Assembly: GCA_964106645.2 (NCBI GenBank)
Contig: OZ067038.1
Direction: 5' to 3' (one strand)
Origin: Podarcis pityusensis
Taxonomy: Eukaryota
DNA length: 64,000 bases
Made by a program: the position numbers and the translations under genes. Positions 41,315-49,746 of this stretch are shown piece after piece (position 1 is the stretch's first letter; every line of letters starts with the position of its first letter). A model generated the notes under the pieces. The model was not told where the DNA came from, searched no databases, and saw only the letters and a program-made list of their open reading frames with translations.

Positions 41315-42134
41315 AAGTGCTTAACAAGAATTGTACCGATACTTCATCAAAGCATTTTCAGCTATGTTAGAGAACTTCTAAACTGCTCCCAGCTACACTG
41401 GAGAAATCAGAATATCTGAGACTATTTCTGTGGGCAGAAACATCCATCAAGGCAACCCACAACATTGTCACAGGATTAAGGAATGTCTCAAGAGCAACCA
41501 CAGGGAAATGGATGATGTCAGCCTTGTACCACAAAATGAATCACAGCTGTTGTGCCACACAGAAAACACGACAAGGTAAATGGACCTTGAGGCCTTATCT
41601 TTCTATTCCCTTGGTGTCAATGAGATGCCTTCCTTTCTGCTATTAGCTGTTCCAATTCTCTTTGCCTGCAGGTAAAACTTCCCATGGACACAGCTGAGGC
41701 CATTTTTGACGAGGCAACTGTAACAGTAAATCTATTATGACTTGCATGCAGTGGATTATAATTGAGGTACAGCCCCTAAAAGAATGTTCTTCCTTTTAAG
41801 TTCGTTGCTGTGTGCATTTCAAAGTTGCTGCTTATGATTCTTTTCCATAATTGCTTGGATTTATGCATTATTTAATGTGGCAACTTTGGCTCGACATTTC
41901 CGTGGCTTGTGGTTAAAGCAAAGAAAAAGCAAGCTGAACCGAATGAAGCAGAGGCACTGTCAAAGCAAGAAGGAAAAAAACCAATATTTTCTTGGTTAGC
42001 TGTGAGAAAATGCAACAGTGTGAGAACTTTTTTAAAAATAATTTGAGCATCATTTCATCATATTCATAATTTAAATATTATTTATATATTTTTCTTCCCT
42101 CTAGAGAGCTTAGAATAGTACACAACAGGGGTGA

Positions 42135-42512
42135 GAGACATGGGTGGCGCTGTGGTCTAAACCACTGAGCCTCTTTGGCTTGCCGATCAGAAGGTTGGCG
42201 GTTTGAATCCCCACGACGGGGTGAGCTCCCCTTGCTCTGTTCCAGCTCCTGCCAGCCTATCAGTTCGAAAGCACACCAGTGCAAGTAGATAAATAGGTAC
42301 CGCTAAGGTGGGAAGGTAAATGGCGTTTCCATGCACTCTGGTTTCTGTCACGGTGTTCCGTTGCACCAGAAGTGGTTTAGTCATGCTGGCCACAGAAAGC
42401 TGTCTGTGGACAAACGCCGGCTCCCTTGGCCTGAAAGTGAGATGAGCACCGCAACCCCATAGTCGCCTTTGACTGAACTTAACCGTCCAGAGGTCCTTTA
42501 CCTTTACCTTTT
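42135..42512 (+). mobile_element. Sauria SINE
   Basis: Same head and body as the 28826 copy; (ACCTTT)n tail. Confidence 0.85.
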
Positions 42513-42604
42513 GCCTACAACAAGAGTAGAGCTAGCTGCCTGCATCATGGCTCACCCTCAAAGCAATGTGCATTCTGTTGTATAAGTGAAGAAAGGGCCA
42601 TCTC

Positions 42605-43209
42605 TTTGGACTGGTTGGATACAGAGGAATAGTGGGAGGAACTAGATGGGGAACCCCCAAGGGAAGGAGGCCCAGAGCCAGGGGACTGGTGGTGGGAGAA
42701 CGATGAGCAGTCAGAGGGAGAAGATTGGGAAGAGAAGGTGCCGGAAGCTGAAGAAGTAACAGGGTTTAGTAAGCTGAGGAAGTCTGTGGCAGAGAGACGT
42801 CCAGAATCAGAGGCAGAAGCGGAGGCTGGAGAAGAGAGAGGCCAAGAGGCAGAGATGGGTCTGGCTGGTGAAGAGTCACAAGTGTCTCCTCCTGCTGCTG
42901 CAACAAGCTCCCCTCCCCACTGGTCTCCCAGAACCAGGAGAGGCATGAAGAGGGCAGGAGGAGAAGTTAGCTTCATGAAGACACAGTCTAAGATTGCTTG
43001 GGGAAAGCCCTAGGGAGGAGGGAATTAGGCAACTGTCAGGAGACAGGGACCTTCAGTCTCAGCAACTGCTTCATGGAGGCAAGACCTACTGGAGATGAGT
43101 TGCTGTGCTCCTTAGGCCTAACAGTCCTGTGCTGATCCTGTTTTCGCTAGGAAGGAGTTAACTCCAACTTGCTCAATGTGATTTACGGCTGGTTCCCTCC
43201 TGTCGGGCA
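42605..43209 (+). mobile_element. Degenerate solo LTR of a related Gypsy family with coding-like, purine-rich U3
   Basis: GA-rich acidic reading frame (ORF 42738..43013) ending in SP/R-rich motifs like the LTR-encoded tail of the intact element; ends in CA. Boundaries approximate. Confidence 0.55.
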
Positions 43210-43686
43210 TTTGTGATAAGTTGAATTTTATGGAGCAGTTGATGTTGATGGAGTACAAGTCATACCTACACTCAGGATGGATACTTGAGACCAGTGTTCT
43301 GACACAATGTATGACACGTTGGGTATGGAATGGAGACAGTGTCCAAGGCCATGCTGCTTGCTTTTAAGGGAACAGATGTGACTCTGGCTCCGTCCACTCA
43401 TTGCATGTGGGCCTTGGATGCTTGCCCATGAGGGAATGAGGTCCTTGGGTTGCAAAAAGTGTCATGGAATTCTACTCGATATGATTCAGAGCAGTACTCC
43501 GATGTATAGTTAGCAGAGTAAAAACTTAAACACGTTGCAGGATTCCCCCAAAATAGACCAGAGGCAATTGTATCTCATCCAGCAGAACTTTACTGCTCCT
43601 GAAGGCAAATGAGCATAATGGTCACAAATCCAATATGTTCAGGATTGGCACTGTCCATAGGAAATCCAGTTGCAGCAGACTTAACT

Positions 43687-44094
43687 TGTCAGGGAACTGC
43701 CATCGGAAGGAAGGGAAGTGAAAGGGCTCACACAGGTTGGGAGAGACTCAGCAGCTGAAGAGGGAACCAGTAGGGGGAGAGGAGCTGGGCTGAGGGAAAG
43801 GGAGCTGGAGGGATGGCTCAGAGACACTTCCAGCGAAAACAGTGGGGAGGTTTCAGGACCTCCTGTAGGGACACCCACTCCTCGCCGGAAACTGTCACGC
43901 AGAGAGTCCAGAAGACGTGTTTCCGTTAAGGAGCTTTTATGTTGGAAGCGATTCCGAAAGCAACCACTGTCGGAATCTGCCAGCGACTGACGGAGCCATG
44001 TTTAAGGGGCTCCGTTACAGACAGAGGTTTGCAAACTTGACCAAACTCTGAGGGACTAGGATTTTACACACAAGCAGCTCATCGTCCCATCACA
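43687..44094 (+). repeat. 5' LTR (408 bp)
   Basis: tgtcagggaac...cccatcaca; identical to 48770-49177. Confidence 0.96.
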
Positions 44095-44096
44095 GC

Positions 44097-44107
44097 ATTC
44101 CGACAGT
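44097..44107 (+). promoter_or_regulatory. Self-priming primer binding site ATTCCGACAGT
   Basis: Starts 2 nt after the 5' LTR, lacks the TGG of a tRNA PBS, and is the exact complement of LTR 43966-43976. Confidence 0.8.
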
Positions 44108-44139
44108 CTTCGTGAGCAGCTTGTGCAGGAGAAGGCATC

Positions 44140-45153
44140 ATGAGCAACCCAGCCGGAACCGGAGAAGCAGGAGCTGGAGCGGGTCCAAGCCTGGAAGAAA
44201 GGTACCGGGTGTTGGAGGTCCAGCTAGCGCTGCAGACGGCGAGGCTTGAGGAGAGGAGGGCTCAGGATGCAGACAAAAAGGGGAAAGACACCCAGCTCGT
44301 CAGAAAGGTACCAGGATTGGTGCAGAAGTTTGGGGGGGAGCCCAAAGACTATCATGGCTTTCGGACAGAGATGCAATATGCCCTCAATCTGCAGTTTGAT
44401 GAATTCCCTGACGAGGAATCAAGAGTGGCTTTCGTGATTGGGCATCTTGAAAAGGGGGCGAGAGACTGGGTTAGACCCCTGATGGCAGCGAATAGTGACG
44501 TCCTAAAGGACACGATGAAGTTCTTTCGCGCCATGGATCTGATGTTTTCCAGCGATATTGAACAGGGAGTGGTCCGCAGACAGTTAATGGCTTGCAAACA
44601 GGGGAGCCGATCTGTCCGTGAGTACTGGACTGAATTCACCATGTTGATCCATAAATTGGGGTGGGATCTATCGGCGGAACCCATTCAAATGCTTTTTGAA
44701 GAAGGGCTTTCTTCGGCTGTGAAAGACGAACTTTCCCGGGCGCCCAGGGCGGAGTCTATGGACCAGCTGACCAAATCAGCGCTGACCATAGGAGCGCGCC
44801 AGGAGGCGAGAGCATTGGAGAGGCGGGAAGGGAAGGGGGAACGTTGGAAGGAGTTCCGCATTCCAGACATTCCAGAGCCAACTTTCCCGCCGGCAGAGCC
44901 GATGGAAATCGGAACAGCGCGCGCGCGCGCAGTTTCAAAGCCCAGTGAGGGGGGAAAGAAGGAGGGAAAAGGCGCCCGGAAATGCTATCTCTGCCAACAG
45001 CCAGGTCACTTTGCCAGAGTCTGCCCCCAGAGGAAGGAATGGCAAGGGATGGTAGGAGCTGTGGAGGGAAGAGAGGAAGAAATACCGAAGCAAGTAAAAG
45101 CCAACGCCTGGCTGCCACCGTCGGGGCACAGCAGTCAGGCCAAAGAGCAGTGA
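44140..45153 (+). CDS. gag: Gag (337 aa): N-terminal coiled coil, retrotransposon capsid (PEG10/RTL-like), CCHC zinc knuckle
   Basis: QGSRSVREYWTEF major-homology-like motif; CYLCQQPGHFARVC knuckle; intact ORF directly after the PBS. Confidence 0.93.
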   Translation: MSNPAGTGEAGAGAGPSLEERYRVLEVQLALQTARLEERRAQDADKKGKDTQLVRKVPGLVQKFGGEPKDYHGFRTEMQYALNLQFDEFPDEESRVAFVIGHLEKGARDWVRPLMAANSDVLKDTMKFFRAMDLMFSSDIEQGVVRRQLMACKQGSRSVREYWTEFTMLIHKLGWDLSAEPIQMLFEEGLSSAVKDELSRAPRAESMDQLTKSALTIGARQEARALERREGKGERWKEFRIPDIPEPTFPPAEPMEIGTARARAVSKPSEGGKKEGKGARKCYLCQQPGHFARVCPQRKEWQGMVGAVEGREEEIPKQVKANAWLPPSGHSSQAKEQ

Positions 45154-48100
45154 AAGTGCCCACGCCAGAACCTCCCAAACCCGCCCTAGTGATAGAAGTG
45201 GCGCTAGAGCTGCCAAACGGACACCCTCTAAAGATAAAGGCGCTGTTGGACTCAGGCAGCTCCTGCAATTTCATGAGCAAAGAGTTTGCAGCTGAACACC
45301 AGATACAGACGATCCCTTTAAGCAACCCCCTGCAGGTGACCACGATCGATGGCAGGGAGCTGTTGGGAGGAGAAGTCAGCTTGCAGACCGTCCCAATGAT
45401 AATGAAGGTGGCAAGGCACACCGAACTGATAGCGTTTAATGTGGCCACCTTGGGAGGAGCTCCCATTATATTGGGGATGAGCTGGCTAGCGTTACATGAT
45501 CCGCTGGTGGGCTGGCATCAGAGAGTGGTTTCTTTTGGTTCAGCACATTGCTTAGAACACTGCAAAGAGGGAAAGGGTTTGGCAGGGGCCCAAGCCACCC
45601 TAGCAGGGACTGAAGTAACGGAGAACGTGAAGGTACCACGACAATACGCAGATCTCCGCGACGTCTTCAGCGAAAGGGAAGCTGACCAATTACCCCCGCA
45701 TAGACCCTTTGACTGTCAAATCAATTTACTCCCTGGGGCACAGCTCCCTGTAGGCAAGCTGTACGCCATGTCAGACAGAGAGATGCAGGAGCTAAGAGAG
45801 TTCATTGACAAGAACCTGAAGAGAGGGTTCATCAGAGAGTCCAGGGCGGTGGGGGGCAGCCCAGTGTTTTTTGTGGATAAAAAAAACACGAACAAGCCGA
45901 GGCTTGTGTGTGACTTCAGGGCCTTAAATGCAGTGTCAGAACCAGTGGCTTTCCCTATGCCCAGGATTGACGACATTTTGACAAGGGTCAGGAAGGGAAA
46001 GATTTTTACTAAACTGGACCTAAGGGGGGCGTACAACCTGATACGAATAAGGAAGGGGGATGAATGGAAAACCACCATGTTCACCCCTTTGGGGGCATTT
46101 GAATATTTAGTTATGCCCTTCGGCCTACAAGGAGGCTCCGCGTGCTTTCAATCGTTTATGAACCACGTCCTGGGGCCTTTGCTTTACAAGAATTGTGTGG
46201 CCTTCTTAGACGACGTGTTGGTGTATTCTGAGAATGAGGAGCAGCATGTGAGAGACGTCAGAGAAGTGTTGAGCAGGCTGCAAGCCAACCAGCTGTGGGT
46301 GAAACTGGAGAAGTGTCAGTTTCATACCAAGGAGGTGGAATTCCTGGGGTATCGCCTGTCAGACAAGGGATTGGCCATGGATCCCGGCAAGGTCCAGGCG
46401 GTGCTGGAATGGAAAACACCCAAAACAAGGAAGGATGTGCAGAGGTTCCTAGGATTTGGGAACTTCTATCGTAAGTTCATCCGAAACTTTGCCCACCTGA
46501 CGGCGCCCATTACGGACTGTCTCAGCAGTAAGAAGAAGTTCGTTTGGACTGAGGAGGCGGAGCGAGCATTTGAGGAACTAAAAAGGGCCTTCGCCTCGGA
46601 ACAACAACTCCTGCATGTGGATTTACAAAAACCGATGAGAGTGGAAACTGACGCATCAGACAGAGCGATTGGGGCGGTGCTTCTGCAGCCAGGGAAGGAG
46701 GAGTCAGAGTGGAGACCGTGTGCCTTTTTTTCGCGAAAGCTGAACAAATCCGAGAGGAACTACACGGTGTATGACCGAGAACTACTAGCCATTCATGAGG
46801 CGTTCCGGAGATGGAGGCACCTGCTAATTGGCGCACAACATAAGGTGCAAGTGTGCACTGACCACAAGAACCTAGAGTATTGGAGGACGGCACGAGTGCT
46901 CAACCAACGGCAAGTGAGATGGGCCCAGGAGTTCTCCAAATTTAACTTTGAGATTTGTTACGTGCCAGGCCCAGAGAACATTAGGGCGGACGCTCTCTCA
47001 CGCAAACCTGAATATTTGGAGGAGGAGGGAGCACCCGAAGAGAGACATGTCATTCCAGAGGACCGCTGGGTGTGTGGGGCGGCATTGGTGGGACAAAGAG
47101 AACTGGTAGAGGAAACAGAGAATGATGAATACGCCCAGAATAAGCTCAGAGGTCTTAGGGGTGAGGGAGAGGAACCAGGGGGTTTCGAGGAAAGAAATGG
47201 AGCTTTGTATTACAAAGGGGCACTGTATATCCCTGAAGGAGACTTAAGGGGGAGGGTACTCAAGCAGTTGCACGACAGCCCCACGGCGGGGCATTTTGGA
47301 CAACACAAAACCATGTGGTTGGTCACCAGGGAATTTTGGTGGCCTAAGGTGAGGGAAGATGTACGGGAGTATGTAAGAGGGTGTGAGCAATGCCAGCGAG
47401 CCAAAGGGGAGAGGCGGGCACCGGCGGGGCTATTAGAACCCTTACCAACCCCAGAACGACCTTGGGAGGCAGTGTCGATAGATTTTATGACTGATCTGCC
47501 GAAGTCCAAGGGGAAAACAGCCATCATGGTGGTGGTAGACCTACTAACAAAGATGTGCCACTTTGTAGCCTGCTCGCATGCAGTCACGGCGGAAGAGACA
47601 GCGAAGTTATTTGTAGAACACATTTTTAGGTTGCACGGAGTGCCATTGAGGGTGGTCTCAGACCGAGGAAAACAATTTACGTCCAGGTTCTGGAGGAAGC
47701 TCATGAGCTTACTGCAGGTGGAGGTCAACTTTTCGACTGCCCGGCACCCTGAAACCAACGGGCAGGCGGAAAGAGCAAACGGGGTCCTCCAGCAATACCT
47801 GAGGTGTTATGTCAATGACAGAGAGAATGACTGGGTAGAAAAGTTGGCGCTGGCGGAATTTGCCTACAACAATGCCGAGAATGTGTCCACAGGGATGAGC
47901 CCCTTCTTGGCTAATTATGGGTGTCATCCCAGGGCTTTCCCAGGGGGAGAAGGGGAGAGATGGGGTGTCCCGGCAGCCGAGCATTTTGTAGAAGAAATGG
48001 AAGCAATCCATCGTCAGCTCCAACTCAACTTAGAAAGGGCGAAGGAAGAATACAAGAGGCAGGCAGACAAGAACCGAAGGGAAGGTGAAACCATAAGGGT

Positions 48101-49073
48101 GGGAGATAGGGTGTGGCTGTCAACCCAAGGGTTGCCGTTCAAAGGAGGTTGTAAGAAATTAAGACCCAGGAGATTGGGTCCCTTTGAGGTCATTCAACAG
48201 GTCAACCCAGTGGCTTTCAGGCTCCGGTTACCCAACCACATGAAACTGCACCCAGTATTTCACAGGTCGTTACTGTCACCGTATGAGGGGGGACGAGAAG
48301 GGATGGCCACTCGGGGACCGGTCATAGAAGAAAGGGAATGCAGCAGCCATGTGGCAGAAATCCTCGACGCCAGATGGAAGGGGGATCAGGTGGAGTATTT
48401 GGTAGCGTGGGAAGGAGAACCGGAGTCAGAAAACACTTGGGTAATGGCAGAAGATATCAATGACGAGGTATTGATAGAAACGTTCCATCAAAGGTTCCCA
48501 AGGAAACCTCAGCCTGTGGAGAGGTTCCGGAGGGAATACTTTGGGACCACCGATGAGGAGGAGGAGTTGGAAGGATTCTCGGAATCGGAAGGGGAAGGGG
48601 AGATGGACTCTGAGGAGGAGGAGTACTTCGAGACCAGGAACCGCAACAGGTGGAGAGAAGTGTTCGGGACATCGGAAGATGAAGGAAGTTCATTCCGGGG
48701 TTTTGCCTCCTCACCGCCCGTAGAGGAGGGGGCGAGAGGGGATGAAGGGGGCCCTGGAGGGGAGGTGGATGTCAGGGAACTGCCATCGGAAGGAAGGGAA
48801 GTGAAAGGGCTCACACAGGTTGGGAGAGACTCAGCAGCTGAAGAGGGAACCAGTAGGGGGAGAGGAGCTGGGCTGAGGGAAAGGGAGCTGGAGGGATGGC
48901 TCAGAGACACTTCCAGCGAAAACAGTGGGGAGGTTTCAGGACCTCCTGTAGGGACACCCACTCCTCGCCGGAAACTGTCACGCAGAGAGTCCAGAAGACG
49001 TGTTTCCGTTAAGGAGCTTTTATGTTGGAAGCGATTCCGAAAGCAACCACTGTCGGAATCTGCCAGCGACTGA
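44982..49073 (+). CDS. pol: Pol in the -1 frame relative to gag (probably expressed as Gag-Pol): protease, RT, RNase H, integrase, chromodomain, extended acidic/basic tail
   Basis: LLDSGS (PR), FLDD (RT), ETDASD (RH), H-H-C-C plus SIDF/VSDRG/NGQAER (IN), GPF motif and chromodomain; uninterrupted 1363-codon ORF. Confidence 0.95.
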   Translation: MLSLPTARSLCQSLPPEEGMARDGRSCGGKRGRNTEASKSQRLAATVGAQQSGQRAVKVPTPEPPKPALVIEVALELPNGHPLKIKALLDSGSSCNFMSKEFAAEHQIQTIPLSNPLQVTTIDGRELLGGEVSLQTVPMIMKVARHTELIAFNVATLGGAPIILGMSWLALHDPLVGWHQRVVSFGSAHCLEHCKEGKGLAGAQATLAGTEVTENVKVPRQYADLRDVFSEREADQLPPHRPFDCQINLLPGAQLPVGKLYAMSDREMQELREFIDKNLKRGFIRESRAVGGSPVFFVDKKNTNKPRLVCDFRALNAVSEPVAFPMPRIDDILTRVRKGKIFTKLDLRGAYNLIRIRKGDEWKTTMFTPLGAFEYLVMPFGLQGGSACFQSFMNHVLGPLLYKNCVAFLDDVLVYSENEEQHVRDVREVLSRLQANQLWVKLEKCQFHTKEVEFLGYRLSDKGLAMDPGKVQAVLEWKTPKTRKDVQRFLGFGNFYRKFIRNFAHLTAPITDCLSSKKKFVWTEEAERAFEELKRAFASEQQLLHVDLQKPMRVETDASDRAIGAVLLQPGKEESEWRPCAFFSRKLNKSERNYTVYDRELLAIHEAFRRWRHLLIGAQHKVQVCTDHKNLEYWRTARVLNQRQVRWAQEFSKFNFEICYVPGPENIRADALSRKPEYLEEEGAPEERHVIPEDRWVCGAALVGQRELVEETENDEYAQNKLRGLRGEGEEPGGFEERNGALYYKGALYIPEGDLRGRVLKQLHDSPTAGHFGQHKTMWLVTREFWWPKVREDVREYVRGCEQCQRAKGERRAPAGLLEPLPTPERPWEAVSIDFMTDLPKSKGKTAIMVVVDLLTKMCHFVACSHAVTAEETAKLFVEHIFRLHGVPLRVVSDRGKQFTSRFWRKLMSLLQVEVNFSTARHPETNGQAERANGVLQQYLRCYVNDRENDWVEKLALAEFAYNNAENVSTGMSPFLANYGCHPRAFPGGEGERWGVPAAEHFVEEMEAIHRQLQLNLERAKEEYKRQADKNRREGETIRVGDRVWLSTQGLPFKGGCKKLRPRRLGPFEVIQQVNPVAFRLRLPNHMKLHPVFHRSLLSPYEGGREGMATRGPVIEERECSSHVAEILDARWKGDQVEYLVAWEGEPESENTWVMAEDINDEVLIETFHQRFPRKPQPVERFRREYFGTTDEEEELEGFSESEGEGEMDSEEEEYFETRNRNRWREVFGTSEDEGSSFRGFASSPPVEEGARGDEGGPGGEVDVRELPSEGREVKGLTQVGRDSAAEEGTSRGRGAGLRERELEGWLRDTSSENSGEVSGPPVGTPTPRRKLSRRESRRRVSVKELLCWKRFRKQPLSESASD

Positions 49074-49177
49074 CGGAGCCATGTTTAAGGGGCTCCGTTA
49101 CAGACAGAGGTTTGCAAACTTGACCAAACTCTGAGGGACTAGGATTTTACACACAAGCAGCTCATCGTCCCATCACA
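48770..49177 (+). repeat. 3' LTR (408 bp); first 304 nt are part of the pol ORF
   Basis: Direct repeat of the 5' LTR, preceded by the purine tract GGAGGGGAGGTGGA. Confidence 0.96.
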
Positions 49178-49256
49178 TAACTTAAACTTACAGTTACTTA
49201 TAATAAAATGAAACAAAACCTTAACACTAAGCATACTATTTGCAGAACACCACACC

Positions 49257-49298
49257 GGAAGGAAGGAAGGAAGGAAGGAAGGAAGGAAGGAAGGAAGG
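49257..49298. repeat. (GGAA)n microsatellite
   Basis: Direct reading. Confidence 0.95.
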
Positions 49299-49520
49299 GA
49301 GAAACCCAGACTCCTTCTGACCTTACTTTTATAGCCAGCATGACCTTGACTGAAGAGATAACAGAACCAGCTTAAACCAGCTGTAATCAGCTTCTCTGAA
49401 GGAATAACCCAAACATCATGAACCTTCTGCTTGTTTCTTTCACACAGAGAAGCTTCCAGAACCCTCTTGAATTAATTGGAATAGGAAAGATCTCTACACA
49501 TCAGATCAATACTTTCTGTA

Positions 49521-49746
49521 CACTGGTACCTTGGGTTACATACGCTTCAGGTTACATACTCCGCTAACCCAGAAATAGTACCTCGAGTTAAGAACTTTGC
49601 TTCAGGATGAGAACAGAAATTGCGCGGCAGCGGCACGGCAGCAGTGGGAGGCCTCATTAGCTAAAGTGGTGCTTCAGGTTAAGAACAGTTTCGGGTTAAG
49701 AACGGACCTCCGGAACAAATTAAGTACGTAACCAGAGGTAGCACTG
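49521..49746. mobile_element. Tigger-like MITE
   Basis: Homology to 35301-35542; TA TSD. Confidence 0.8.

Larger units (their letters stand above)
43687..49177 (+). mobile_element. Full-length Ty3/Gypsy chromoviral LTR retrotransposon (sushi/Tf1-like)
   Basis: TG...CA LTRs of 408 bp, identical by eye; 5-bp TSD TAACT (43682-43686 and 49178-49182); gag plus PR-RT-RH-IN-chromodomain order; PPT before the 3' LTR. Confidence 0.97.
43503..49500 (-). mobile_element. Probable older solo LTR (about 500 bp: 43503-43686 plus 49183-49500) split by the Gypsy insertion
   Basis: TGTATAG...CTACACA imperfect terminal inverted ends; TCCGA/TCAGA TSD-like flanks; minus-strand TATAAAA (about 49327-49333) and AGTAAA (about 43589-43594). 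Confidence 0.5.

Noticed and set aside
43718-43990. 90-aa ORF in the 5' LTR as a separate gene
   Set aside because: It is the LTR duplicate of the Pol C-terminus and lies mostly upstream of the predicted TSS.
44918-44929. (GC)6 potential Z-DNA tract
   Set aside because: Explained by Ala-Arg codons in gag.
44352-48961. Antisense ORFs within the Gypsy element
   Set aside because: Expected shadow ORFs of a long coding region.
44140-49073. Domesticated RTL1/PEG10 orthologue (human EML1 lies in the same chromosome band as RTL1)
   Set aside because: Identical LTRs, TSD and intact catalytic motifs show a recent mobile insertion; proximity is coincidental.
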